Shown in pieces: positions 1-15,218 of a stretch of DNA of 64,000 nt (positions are counted from its first letter, which is position 1; each line of letters begins with the position of its first letter). Origin of the DNA: the human T2T-CHM13v2.0 reference genome, Homo sapiens. The position numbers and the translations under genes are program-made. The stretch lies in assembly GCF_009914755.1 (NCBI RefSeq), contig NC_060934.1. One strand, written 5' to 3'. The notes below the pieces were generated by a model. It saw nothing but the letters and a program-made list of their open reading frames with translations. It searched no databases and had not been told where the DNA came from.

Positions 1-819
1 AGGGGTTACATTAAAAGTGCCCAGAAGCTATATAAGATCAAAATATTTTCAAAGTTTGGGTGCGAGAGTAAGTCTAGGCATCATCATTAATCTTGTCCGT
101 TAGGTACAGAAAAAGGCAAGGCCTAGATCTCTGAAAGTATCTTTTCTAAAAATGCAGTGACTCTGAGAGGTGGGAACCTGAGTTCTCTCCGCAGTCTTCA
201 AGGCATTCTTCTGGAGGGCTGAGATGTTACTAAGTCAAGGGGTCTGAAATGCTGACAAACACAGTGAACAAACGTGGCTTTTTCACAGTGAGGGAGGACT
301 ATGCTGGGGGCCAGAAGCAGACGTTCGCTACTTTGTCTCACATTTACAATTCTCGGATTTGCTTCAAAACATTGCCCGAAGAGTGCCTGGGCTGCAGATG
401 TAGACAAGATTAACCATGAATTGATAAGGTAGAAACTAGATGATAGGCACACAAGGGTTCCCTTATGAAATTGTTAGAAAAGTTCCATAGCAAAAAAAAA
501 AAAAAACAAAACTTAAAAAGCTTGTCTTTAAGTAACACCAACAGGTATAATCACATGCCCTCAGTCAGGAAGCAAAGAAAAAAAGTATGAGCACGTGTGT
601 GTTTACTTTCCAAGACCAGGCAGAGGCTGTTGATTATTTGGAAAACCTTGGAAGACCTTTAAGTGGCCACGGTGACCCAAGTGACCTTCGAGGAGACAAA
701 GTCTGCATCTTTGCGCCCAAATTTGCCAAAGGCGTTGCCAGAGACATCTTTCTAGAAGAAGCTAGAACAAAATAAAAGTTTCTGCAAAGGAACTTTTTGA
801 GCCTGTAACTAGAGCACAA

Positions 820-1270
820 GCTGCTTCCGGGGAAGGCGGAGGGAACACGTGGGCACATTGAGTTGCACGTGGACGCGGAGTGCGCAGGCGTGCGCTGAGG
901 CCAGGAGGGCGCACTGGGGATTGGAGGCGAGGGAAGTGCAGGGCGCATCCCAGGCGGCAGGGCTCCCAGCATCGGCAGTCGCCATCACCGCCAGACCGCA
1001 GAGACAGGTTCGGATCCGCGGTCCTCTTGCCTCTTTCCAGGTCAGGGTTCCCAGGCGTATAGGGGAGGGAGAGGGCCTGCATGAAGGGGAAGGGAGGGGG
1101 CTTCGGTCGTTGGGGGCCAGACGTTGGGCGCTGGACGTTGAGGTTGGGCGTTGAGCGGGTACAAGGGGCCTGGAAGTGGAGAGAGGAGACTTGGAACCTT
1201 GCTGCGAGGGTTTGGTGTGGGAGGATTCTCTGAGTTTGGAAATAGCGCTTCCAGGCATCACTCCTTCAAA
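820..1270. promoter_or_regulatory. TDRD1: CpG-island promoter of TDRD1
   Basis: Locally GC/CpG-rich. CACGTG at 846-851 and 866-871, ETS core CTTCCGG at 824-830, NRF1-like TGCGCAGGCGTG at 881-892. No TATA box seen. Confidence 0.85.
894..1040 (+). other. TDRD1: TDRD1 exon 1 (non-coding 5' UTR)
   Basis: Within the CpG island. Donor CAG|gtcagg at 1040/1041 joins to GCCTCGATG of exon 2. Start position approximate. Confidence 0.8.
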
Positions 1271-1859
1271 TGCAAACGTTCACCTTCTCTCTAAGAGAAA
1301 CTTGCATGTGGATTCAGTGCCTTCGTTTGACTAAAAATTACGATACAAACAATATTAACATTTACTAGACTTTTTTTTCCCTACTTTCCTCCTATAGGAA
1401 AGGAAGATGTGCTAGGGCATTTACTTAGATGTGGGTCAGCTGGCGCTAGTTTGTTTAAGGAGTTCCTGCTGTGTGCCAGTAGCTTTTCCGGGCCCTAGGG
1501 TCCTTGCTATAAATACGTTAGCCCTGCTGGGCTTCTGAACTAAGGGAGCTAAATGCTTCCAGCTTCCTTAGTGAGGCAGCACGGTGCTGTATGCTTAAAT
1601 CCAAGGCCGTGGAGTCTGACCTGCGTTTTTATCTAAACTGTGTAAGGTGCTGGCCCTGGGTGGTTTGGTAAGTTATTCCAACTTCCCACGTCTCCCTTGT
1701 TTATCTGTAGGAATAACGAAATAAAAATACTTTAGTCCTCAAATTATTTTCATCTTAAGCCTGCAAGCTGGTTCCACAGGAATGGAAGAAATTTTGTGCT
1801 TGTAGGAGTGGTATAAAAGTAAAGCAGAAATAATAGCTGCCCTTTAAGCCCTTAGGAAG

Positions 1860-2052
1860 TACTAGCCACTGTGCTAAGTGATTTACTTCGTCTCTCATTT
1901 AATTCTCGTGATTAGGATTTGTGAGGAAGTTAACTACTGCCCTCTGCATTTTACAGTCGCTGAATCCTAGAAAGATGAAGTGATTTGCCCAAGATAGCGT
2001 GGCTAAATGAGGAAGACGAGACTTACCTGGCTGACTTAAGAGCTCATGCTTT
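1860..2052. mobile_element. MIR SINE fragment
   Basis: cattttacag...aagtgatttgcccaagatag core. Confidence 0.6.
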
Positions 2053-2080
2053 ACCGAAGCGTTGCGTTTTGTCTGTTTAA

Positions 2081-2387
<307 letters not shown>

Positions 2388-3195
2388 AAAACCGGAGTGT
2401 TTTCTTTGAGTAGAATGGTTCTTGCAGAATACATGGGGTTGCCAGGAAGACAAAAGCAAACATCAGAGAAGGAAAAAAATGACAGCTGAGTATCTGTGCA
2501 TACACTTTTGTTGTTAAAAGAACTCCAGCCTGTGGTATCCTAGAGGGAGAAGAAATGACTTACCCCACTATTCATAGTGTATCTTAGGAAGCCCCCAGCA
2601 ACATCAGGGAGAACCGATAGGATTCCAAAGAAAAGAGAGGGTCTACCCTTAGGGAGCTTCAGGACTTAATGGGTTCAAAGCGTGAAGTACAGAACAAAGA
2701 AATCCAGAAAGCTGAGCCCTCATTTTTGCCTGTAGAACTATAGAAATGAGTCACTTTCAGTCCACTACTCTTCTAGTACATCAGTGATTCCTAATTCTGA
2801 GAAAATGAGGTACTCTTTAACGTAGAGAAATGTTGAGACCCTTCTAGTTAACCTTTTATGTTAGCTGAATCAACATTTAATTACTGTGGATTCCAGAATG
2901 ATTAAATATATTTCTATTTATCACTAGTAGCATGAAAAAATAGTAGATTGTATATAGGGGGAATTATTTTAAAACTGGGTGAGGTTAGCCGATGTGGCTT
3001 CAGGGCCTGTGCAGCAATAATCTGTCACATTTGTTTACCTGGGTATCAAGTCTAAAGCCTGAGGTTGGGAATCACAGTATTATGCCATAGGGCCTGCCTA
3101 CTTGTGATTCAGATATTCCCAGTGGTTGATACAGGATGAACCAAGTAGGAATAGATGCTAAGTCTTACTGGTGTTTTGTAATGTTAAAAATTCAC

Positions 3196-3486
3196 GGCCC
3201 AGTGCGGTGGCTCACACCTGTAATTCCAGCGCTTCGGGAGGCTGAGGCGGGCGGATCACCTGAGGTTAGGAGTTTGAGACCAGTCTGGTGAAACCCCGTC
3301 TCTACTAAAAATACAAAAATTAGCCGGGCGTGATGGGGCATGCCTGTAGTCCCAGCTACTTGGGAGGCTGGGGCAGGAGAATTGTTTGAACCCAGGATGC
3401 AGAGGTTGCAGTGAGCCGGAGATCATGCCGCTGCACTCCATTCTGGGCGATGGAGCGAGACAACATCTCAAAAAAAAAAAAAAAAA
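3196..3486 (+). mobile_element. Alu (S-type)
   Basis: Full dimer with A tail; TSD aaaaattcac. Confidence 0.95.
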
Positions 3487-4314
3487 TTCACCCTTAAAAG
3501 CCTATTCTGTATCCCAGTTGTGGTGGCTGCCTAAATCTATGCCTGCGTTACATTCATAGAACTGTAAATCAAAGAAATCAAAGTCCATGTAATGGTATGA
3601 TAATTACATATTTAAAAATAAATTCCAAAAGGTTTTAGGTGACTGAACGTTTTATCTGGATTCACAGTAGTACTGGCCACCTGCTCCAAAAGTTAATGCA
3701 TAAATGGTAGTGTTCAAACTCAGGGACATCCTGACTTTCCTGTTGACGGGCTGCCAACCCGTGTCTGGAATCTTGTATTCCATTATGAGAGTCATGTCAG
3801 TATAAGAGTCTCAGATATTTTTGAAAGGTTGTGGTCACAGGGCAGCAACAGCTGGGAAGGGGAACCATTTTACAAAAAACACTGCAGCACAATTGGCTGT
3901 CCCGAATGAAAGGAAACAAGAAGTTTGTGGTCCCAGAACAGGTGTAGATGTCTATTTGCCCTGGGTGTTGTAACGAAAATTCCTGAATAGGGTGAGTCCT
4001 TCAAACATTCTCCAAATAGGGTGGACCTTCTTTTAAGTAAAAATCCTCTTTATTTGCTACTTAAACTTTATCGTGAGTCTAACGCGGATGTTGTTTCTAA
4101 AGTCAAATATATTTACTAATTTTTGGATTTTGGAGGAATTGTTTTGAGACATGAAGTTTTGTTATTAAATTTCAGTAAACCTCATAGCCTGATGTGCTTC
4201 TCCACTTAAGACTGCCAGATGTCATTTCGGACAGCAGGTGTCATTTTCCCTGTCCAGGTTGGCATGAAAGCAGTGCAATAGTGCATTTAAAATAGTTTTT
4301 ATCATACGAATATC

Positions 4315-4607
4315 TTTTTTTTTTTTTTTGAGACAGTCTTGCTCTGTAGCCCAGGCTGGAATGCAGTGGCGTGATCTCAGCTCACTGCAAGCTCGCCTCC
4401 TGGGTTCATGCCATTCTTCTGCCTCAGCCTCCCGAGTAGCTGGGACTACAGGCACCCGCCACCATGCCCAGCTAATTTTTTGTATTTTTAGTAGAGACGG
4501 GGTTTCACTGTGTTAGCCAGGATGGTCTCAATCTCCTGACCTCGTGATCCGCCCGCCTCAGCCTCCCAAAGTGCTGGGATTACAGGTGTGAGCCACCGCT
4601 CCCGGCC
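4315..4607 (-). mobile_element. Alu (Y-like)
   Basis: Diagnostic gacctcgtgatccgccc; TSD atcatacgaatatctttt. Confidence 0.93.
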
Positions 4608-5324
4608 AATCATACGAATATCTTTTGAATGCCTAGTTCTATAAAGCACCATGGTGGATATTGCAGGAAGTCAAAGGTATTTTTGTTCAGATTTTTAAAA
4701 ATAAGAGTTCCTGCACTCAGGCAACTTAAAATAATTTAAATGACAGATATAACTGTCTATAGGTAACTGTAATACAGGGTATTGAGGCGCTGACTGTAGA
4801 TTGACAGCCAGCATGAGTTACTAAGTAAGGACAGTGTTATGAAAGACTCTCGGGTGTAACACACAGCAGCATACTGAGGATCCAACTCAGTGTCTTAAGA
4901 AGATGACTATACGCTAGTTTTATGGTTTAAATATTGCTTTGATCCTTTACTTGATTTAGAATTAAGTTACCACATTTTTGGAAAAAAGGTTTACTATTAG
5001 ATGATACTTCAGTCTTAAAAATGTTTTCATCTATAAAAATGATTCATTCAATATAATTTGGAAAATGAAAAAGACAGTGAAAAAGATATCCTCATCAACC
5101 CACCTACCCCAGAATACTCATTGTTATTTATAATGTAATATGTTTCATTCATCTTTTTTTAACCTGGAGTTTTGATTTTCTTTTGCGGTTATAATTATAT
5201 TGAATATACAGGTTTTTTACTGCTTTTTCATTTGCCATTCTAACAGACATTTTACGGTGTTTCTGGAAACTAAGATTCTGAATGATAGTATAATAGGCTG
5301 TCTATTAAAGCCATCACAGTTAAC

Positions 5325-5530
5325 TTTTTTTTTTTTTTTTTTTTGAGACAGTCTCGCTTCGTTGCCCAAGCTGGAGTGCAGTGGCGCAATTTTGGCTCGC
5401 TGCAACCTCTGCCTCCCAGATTCTAGGCGATTCTCCCACCTCAGCCTCCTGAGTAGCTGGGATTACAGGAGCCCACCACTCCTTGGCCTCCCAAAGTGCT
5501 GAGATTACACGTGTGAGCCACTGTGTCCGT
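5325..5530 (-). mobile_element. Alu with internal deletion
   Basis: Right arm joined directly to the 5' part of the left arm at ~5480. Confidence 0.85.
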
Positions 5531-6714
5531 GCCTTTTTTGCTATTTTGAACGGGACATTTTTATATATGGCATTTTTTGGTATTTAGGATTATTTTAATG
5601 GCATGATTTCTAGATGTAGAGGTACCAAGTCAGTGGCTAGGAATGCTTTTTAAAAACCCCATAGATATATACTTATATATTTCTAAATTGCTTCCCAGAA
5701 AGAGTATATTAATTGATACTCCCTTCAGTAATGAGTGGCTTAATTTTTTAATTGCACCCACTAGGCAGAAAATGCATACTTATTTCAATTTGAATTTTTT
5801 TTTTTTTTACTATAAATAGGGTTGAATGCTTTTCCCCTTATGTTTATGAACTTACCTTCTTCCTCTCTGCATTCTGTTCATGCCTTTTTGTCATTTATTT
5901 TACTGTATTGATTGGCCTGCAAATAACAGCTTATTTGATGCCTCAGCGTGTCTCTGCATAGGCAAACCAGAGCTGGAGTGATGACGCAAAGGAACCGCCA
6001 GACACACTTGGCTCTGCATTTTCTCCTTCACCATCCTCAGGCTGTGCTTATTACTCCCTAATTACAAAATGGGTGATAAGTCTCCAGGCCTCAGGAATGT
6101 GTTGCAGGAAGAAAGGGGTGAAGGCCTGTGCTAGCCACATCTGTTCCTGTTCTTCAGGATAGGGAAGAGCTTTCTCAGAAGCCCCCCTCAGGAGAACTCT
6201 GTGGCCAGTAGTGTCGCTAACTGTAGCTGGCAAATCAGAGGTTGAATAGCGTTTGAGTCTGCTACAGTTTCTGGAGGTTCTTAATATTTATCCCACTTTT
6301 GAAAAGGTATCAAATTTGTCATCTTTGTGATAGTATTTCCTGGACTCTTTGCTATTTTGGTAAGTTTTAATTGTCACATGGTTATGTTTGCTATCATTTC
6401 CTTTGTGATTTTTTTAACTACTTTTAAACTAAAGAAACTCTTCACCTGTGGCTATTGCAGTCTGATTCTCTGTGAAGCATAATCTGAGATGGAGATTTGT
6501 GTGTATTGTGATGAGTGAATGTAGCATGTATGATACTAGTTTTTTTGTAGTCGAGGTGGTTTTTGCAGTCCAGCATATACTCAGTGTTGAAAAAAAGGAA
6601 TATTCTTGGTTGTATTAGTCCCAATTAGGTCAAGTTTATTGTTACTCATACAGTCTTTACTATCGCCTGTTTTCTGAGTAGTAGTTGTCTAAGATAGATG
6701 TGTCCTAATCATAG

Positions 6715-7113
<399 letters not shown>

Positions 7114-7176
7114 TATGTTTTCTTAATTAATGTAAAATATCTTCACGTGTCTCAATAGTTTCTACCTTGAGTTTGA

Positions 7177-7512
<336 letters not shown>

Positions 7513-7887
7513 TAACGTTACATCTTTTAGTTGTTTGCATAGCACATATTTTAGTCCTTTTACTTGGAACCTTACCATATAATTTGGTTATATGTGTGCC
7601 TTTTGTGCCTAACATTTTACTGAATAATTTTCTCCCTGAGTTTTATCTAACTAAGACTAACTCATTGATACTTGGATTACTTGGGCTTGATTCTGTGATC
7701 TTACTTGATGTTTTCTGTACTTGAATTTTTTTTTCTGTTGAATTAAGATTTCCTGTGATTTTAAAGTTATATATTCTGTTTCTGTTTGTCTGGGAGTTAC
7801 TCTAATATTTTAATGCACATTCTTTGTATTTCTTATACAGAGTCTAGACTTTATTCCTCCCCCAACCACCACCTGATTCCCCTGGAG

Positions 7888-8188
7888 TTTTTTTGTTTGT
7901 TTTTTGAGATGGAGTCTCGCTGTGTTGCCCAGGTTGAAGTGCAGTGGCACAATCTCGGCTCACTGCAAGCTCCGCCTCCTGAGTTCATGCCATTCTCCTG
8001 CCTCAGCCTCCTGAGTAGCTGGGACTACAGGCACCCGCCACCACGCCTGGCTAATTTTTTTGTATTTTTAGTAGAGACGGGGTTTCACCGTGTTAGCCAA
8101 GATGATCTCGATCTCCTGACCTCGTGATCCCGCCTGCCTCAGCCTCTCAAAGTGCTGGGATTACAGGTGTGAGCCACCGCGCCCAGCC
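7888..8188 (-). mobile_element. Alu (Y-like)
   Basis: gcaagctccgcctcc and gacctcgtgatcc diagnostics. Confidence 0.92.
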
Positions 8189-9455
8189 TTTATTTTTCTT
8201 TTGTAATTGAACGACATTGCTCTCTTATTACACAAAACATGGCAGTTCTCAGCCTGTCCCTTCAATTTAGGCGTGCTTATCCATAACAGTTTTACTTCCC
8301 CTGGCAGCTGCAGGATCTCCCCCATCGCTGCCCACCTGCAGTCATTCTGTTAGGGGTCTTCTCAGGGTCTGGTCCAATAAGAGTTCCCTACTTTCGAGGG
8401 TGCCTGTATATTTTTGTTTTTATTTCATTATCTTGTCTGTATTCTCATTGGATTAGGTTAGGCCTAATTTAAAATAAGAAATGAGATAATAAGTTGTAGG
8501 ACACCAACTGCTATTTATTTTTTTTCTATTCAAGACCATGTTAAACAACATTTAGATATTACTCATGCCAGTTTCAGCTGTGACATTTTTCCTCCCGCTC
8601 AGCCATTTTGGGAGCAAAGCTATCAGTCACTACTTCAGAAAGAAGAGGTGTTCGTCCCTTTTAATTCCCCTGGGCAGGGCACTTAGAATTCTTTAAGAGT
8701 AACGGAAAAACAAGCCACCATCTTTTGTGGATAGAGGTTTCTCAGAGACACTTTGTGACAAATTAAACTTGGAAAGCTTGCAACATTTCCAACTTATTTT
8801 CAGAGAAAGATGCATAGATAGGTCCTTAAAAGCAGTAGGTATAAATTACAATTTGTGGAAGTTCAGCTGGAGATGATCAAAGCAGAGGCCTTGGCAAAAC
8901 AGGAGGGAAGAGGGGTCAGCTGAGATGGATTGTGAAGCCTGCCCAGGATGGTCAGGCAGTGAGTGCGAGGGCATTCTGGGTAGAGGGTTCAGCATATTCA
9001 AGGATTAGATATAGCATAAAGTAGGAGAGGGTAGAGGGATTGTGAGAAGGTAGAAAGGTAGGTGACGACCTGATTTAAACACACCTCTTCCGTTGCATTT
9101 TGCCATTAAAGTGTAAGCTTTAGGTTGGGAATATTTTAAAACATGAAAGACCTTTTCAATTAGTGTTGCCTCAAAAGCTTTTAAAAGTAAGGAATGGTGT
9201 TGAACGCTGAGATTTTTGATTTTTCATGAGTTGGTCTGTTGATTTCTGTTAGAGTTCATACTTACAGAGAACTGGTGTTTTTCTTGTGCCTTGTCGGCCA
9301 AGTTTTGATGTCATGGTTATATCTGCTTTGGAATTGTTTTATAGGCATTATCTGTTACGTAAATATATTTGGGAGAATTCCTCTGAGCCTGCAGTTCTTC
9401 TGAAATTTTGAAATTAAAAGTTGTCTCTTAAATACATTTCTCTCCTTAGGCCTCG

Positions 9456-9780
9456 ATGAGTGTTAAATCGCCATTTAATGTGATGTCAAGAAATAATTTG
9501 GAAGCACCTCCTTGTAAGATGACAGAGCCATTTAATTTTGAGAAAAATGAAAACAAGCTTCCACCACATGAGTCTTTAAGAAGTCCTGGAACACTTCCTA
9601 ACCACCCTAATTTCAGGCTGAAAAGCTCAGAGAATGGAAATAAAAAGAACAATTTTTTGCTTTGTGAGCAAACCAAACAATATTTGGCTAGTCAGGAAGA
9701 CAATTCAGTTTCTTCAAACCCGAATGGCATCAACGGAGAAGTAGTTGGCTCCAAAGGAGACAGGAAAAAATTGCCAGCAG
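9456..9780 (+). CDS. TDRD1: TDRD1 exon 2 coding part (exon starts 9450)
   Basis: Acceptor tctccttag|G, ATG 9456, MSVKSPF...KKLPA, donor CAG|gtgagt. Confidence 0.95.
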
Positions 9781-10200
9781 GTGAGTGAAAACCACAGGCT
9801 TCCTACTTCTTCATTCTCATGGTTTCTGTGACTTACCAGAAGTATATATAACCACACACCAGTGGGCTATTAGCAGAACAGGCACATGACTACCTTACCG
9901 TATTTGCATTTCATTATTAATTTAGAAGGAAAAACCAGATACCAAGTGGCTACCTTTGGCTTCATTAATCTCAGAAAAAATTCCTGGGGAGAGAATGAGC
10001 TTTTTCCCCACAGAGGACTATACTAGGAATGTAGAAAGGAAACACTCTGGCTTTTTTATGGGTGTTCTAAAGATTGACCCGTATCTTAAAAATACTGTGC
10101 AAACTTCATGCATATATCGCAAAGATATAGCTAAGATTTTAACTGGTTTCACGTGATTTATTTTATCATTCCTTTAGTTCCCGTTCTAAAAACCTCTCTT

Positions 10201-10550
<350 letters not shown>

Positions 10551-10589
10551 TTAGCCTCTTTGAAGGTATATGAGTTGTGGTCTTCTAAC

Positions 10590-12039
10590 ATGGTGATATA
10601 ATTCTCAGAATGTGCGCTTGGGCCTCTGGGCTTCCCCAGGAGGTCAAAACTGTTTTCCTCACAGTATTTGTCTTTTCTGCTATGCCAACTTTATACTAAT
10701 GGTGCAAAAGCAAATTATTAGCTCAGCTTAAGGCAGGAGCGCCAACCTGAGTTTTTCATCGTCATGCACTTAAAAGGAAAACCAGAAATGCCAACTTCAG
10801 TTAAAAATGCACTTGATTGAGCAGTAAAAAGTATTCTGTTAAATCTTGATCATTGTGTGCAGTATTTTTAGTATTTGTGTAATGAAATGGGAATTACTCC
10901 TGACTTTTACCTTCTGAAGTAGGAAAACCATGTGTGCAATTGAGTTGTAAGCTGAAGAGAAACTCTCTTCTTGGAACATACTTTTTACTTGAAAAGATGG
11001 ACACTGGTTATTCAGACTTACCTGGCAAGCATTTTCTCAAAAATTAACAAAGTGAGCCCTTTACTTCAAGGAAAACAGCTGACATATTTTGTCAGTGACA
11101 GAGTTCAAGCTTTCAAGCAATTTCGGGTTTTAGGAAACTTGTGTCTGCCACTTTGAGCTTAAGGACTTCCCAAGACAGACTTTTCTGGTGAGATGCATGA
11201 TGATATTAACACATGAATATTAATATTTTTATTTGGAGACAGTCTCACTCTGTCACCCAAGCTGAAGTGCAATGGCACAATCATGGCTTACTACGGCCTC
11301 AAACCCCTGGGCACAAACGATCCTCCTGCCTCAGCCTCCCAAAACCCTGGGATTACGGGCATGAACCACCGCACCAGGCCCTAACACATGAATTTTTGCT
11401 ATTGCATAATGAAATGTGTCAACAATTGGAAATGCTGCATATAACTCAATGAACCTGTCTTTTCCAAATGACCAATGCGTGGTATTGCAGTCATGCATGC
11501 GCAGGAATCCAAAGTGCGGGATAATCAGTGAATTCTAACGTAACAATATGAAAAGTTCCTTGATGTGGTTTTAGAGTTCACATTGCTTCTAACCCTATGC
11601 CACTTGTTTTGGTGTACTATTAAAGGCAAATATCCTTCTATTATTTGCCTTTAACAGAGGAGAACATTAAGTATTCCTCCTCGTTGCAAATACCTGTCTC
11701 CGGGAGGCCAAACTTTTTTTTTCAGATACCAAAACCAGAAGCAACATTTCACTGAGTTGAAGGCAAAAGCTGTATATGAATCCAGCTGTCTTCTGTTAAG
11801 CCAATCATTAATGATATGCAAAAATGTGTAATTCTTCTATATTTTGTTTTGAAAAATATAGTTTTTAAAAATTATCAGCATGTAATGCATTTATTTTTAA
11901 ATGGATGTTTAAATTTAGTTTTAATTTCTAATACAGTAAATATTGATTGAAATAAGCCATGTAAACAAAAGCTGTGTAGGGTCCTCAGCTTTTAAAAGTG
12001 CAGAGGGTTTCTGAAACCAGAAAATTTGAGAACTGCTGC
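10590..12039. mobile_element. Charlie1-like hAT DNA transposon fossil, interrupted by an Alu monomer
   Basis: aggtcaaaact... start, degraded transposase-like text, terminus tttgagaactgctg. Confidence 0.75.
11225..11380 (-). mobile_element. Alu monomer (FLAM/FRAM-like)
   Basis: Single arm; TSD aacacatgaat. Confidence 0.85.
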
Positions 12040-12103
12040 CTTAGTGAATGGAGAAAAGTTCACAATGAGAGGAGCACTAGTCAAGAAAATTTTGAACAAG
12101 TCC

Positions 12104-12496
<393 letters not shown>

Positions 12497-12584
12497 TGAA
12501 TATCACCTAATTACACTATTTTTCATTATTAGCAATAAAAAGTATTATTTGGCTTTTATTTGAAATTGTGTTTTTCCTCCCCAG

Positions 12585-12643
12585 GAAACTCAGTGTCACC
12601 ACCAAGTGCTGAAAGTAATTCACCACCCAAAGAAGTGAATATT
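12585..12643 (+). CDS. TDRD1: TDRD1 exon 3
   Basis: ccccag|GA AAC TCA...AAT ATT|gtaagt; (G)NSVSPPSAESNSPPKEVNI. Confidence 0.93.
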
Positions 12644-13914
12644 GTAAGTTATTTTATTGTGTGTGTGCTTGTTTGGGTAAAAGATTCTAAACATGTTTTA
12701 TTTATTTAATAAAGAAGTGTTCAATTTGTAGGTATCATTCAAGATCAAATGTTTTTTCTTTTATGTACATTTTTAAAAAAAGAAAACTTTCTTAGGTTAT
12801 TGTAGATTCACATGCAGTTGTAAGAAATAATGGAGATCCTGTGTAGTCTTTCACCTATTTCGCCCATGTTAACATGCTGCAAAACTATAGTACAATATCA
12901 CAACTGGGTTATTGATACACCATCAAGATACGGAACATTTCCATCACTACAAGGGTCCCTTATATACCTTGTTGCTTATGTTCTGGTGTAGCCAATCCAC
13001 TTTTCCTTCTGCCCCTGCCCTCTTAATCCATAGCAGCCACTGATATGCATATTTCGACAATTTTGACATTTTTGAGAATATTATATAAAAGGCTACATAC
13101 AAACAGTACGTAACCTTTTGGGATTGGCTTTTGTCATTTCACATAATTATCTGGAAATTGATCTAGGTTGTATGCATCAATCGTTCTATCCTTTTTATTG
13201 CTGAGTAGTATTCCATGGTATGGACAACTTGTTTAACCATTTACCTATTGAAGGACACCTGGGTTGTTTCCACTTTTTGGCGTTAAAACTAAAACTCTAT
13301 ATCCATTTATGTACAGAATTTTATATGAACACGTTTTTAATGCTCCAGGATAGATGTCCAGGGTACAATTTCTGGGTTGAAGACTAGTCCCATACTTTGT
13401 TTTATAAGAAACTGCCAAATATTTTCCAGAGTGACGGTATCATTTTACATTCTTACCAAGGGTGTATGAGAGCTTCAGTTTCTCTGCATCCTCATCAGCA
13501 TTTGGTGGTGTAGGTATTTTTATTCTACCCATTTTCATCACAGATGTGTAGTACTATCTCATTGTGGTTTAACTTGCATTTCCCTCACGATTGATGATGA
13601 TAAACATCTTTTCATGTGCTTATTTGCCATCTGTGCATCTTTGGTGAAATATTTTCATGTCTTTTGTCTATTTTCTAATTTTTTTTTTTTACCGTTGTTT
13701 TGAAAGTTCTTTATATATTTCAGATATTGGTCCTTTGTCAAGTACGTGATTTGCCAATATTTTTTCCTAATCTGTAGCTTGTCTTTTCATCTTAATAAAG
13801 TCAGTTTTTCTTTAATGGATTGTTTTTGGTGCTTTTGGTGTCAACTTTAAAACTGTTTGATACTCTGGATCCTGAAAATGTTCATTTTTTTCCCCAAAAA
13901 AGTTTGATAGTTTT

Positions 13915-13916
<2 letters not shown>

Positions 13917-13945
<29 letters not shown>

Positions 13946-14220
13946 GAGACGGAGTCTTGCTCTTTCACCCAGGCTGGAGTGCAGTGGCGCGATCTCGGCT
14001 CACTGCAACCTCCGCCTCCTGGGTTTACGCCATTTCTCCTGCCTCAGCCTCCCGAGTAGCTGGGACTACAGGTGGCCGCCACTACGCCTGGCTAATTTTT
14101 TTTGTATTTTTAGTAGAGATGGGGTTTCACCGTGTTAGCCAGGATGGTCTCCATCTCCTGACCTCATGATCCGCCTGCCTCGGCCTCGCAAAGTGCTAGG
14201 ATTACAGGCGTGAGCCACCA
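13917..14220 (-). mobile_element. Alu (Y/Sc-like)
   Basis: Long T tail; TSD gatagtttt. Confidence 0.93.
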
Positions 14221-14743
14221 GATAGTTTTACTTCTTACATTTAAGTTTTGATCCATTTTCAGTTAATTTTAAGTTAAGAAACTTAAGTTTTTGCCTATGT
14301 ATATTCAATTGCTCCAGTGCCATCTGTTGAAAATTCTCTTTACTGAATTGCTTTCACACATTTGCCAAAATTCAATTGGACATATTTGTGTCAGTCTAGT
14401 CTAAGTTACTTATTTTCTGTAGATATATGTGTCTGTCTTTCCAGTACCACACAGTCTTGATTCCTGGAGCTGTGTAATAAATTTTGAAATTGGGAAAAGT
14501 GATTCCTTTTGCTTGATTTTTCTTTTTAAAAAAATTTTTAACTATTCTAATTCCTTTGCCTTCCAACATACAGTTTAGAATAATCTCATCTCTACAAAAA
14601 ATATTGCTGGGATTTTCATGTGAATTGCATTAAACCTGTATATCAATTTGGGAATTATTGACATATTTGCTGTGTTGAATCTTCCAATCTATGAACATGG
14701 TGTTTCTCCTTTTATGTAGCTCTCTGATTTCTTTATTTTGTAG

Positions 14744-15218
<475 letters not shown>

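Noticed and set aside
830-940. E2F6 (GGCGGGA) or A-MYB sites expected at a piRNA-pathway promoter
   Set aside because: No exact consensus found by eye; only partial matches
634-1261. Overlapping ORFs on both strands at the TDRD1 promoter
   Set aside because: Stop-poor GC-rich CpG island; low-complexity Pro/Arg/Ala products with no recognisable domain
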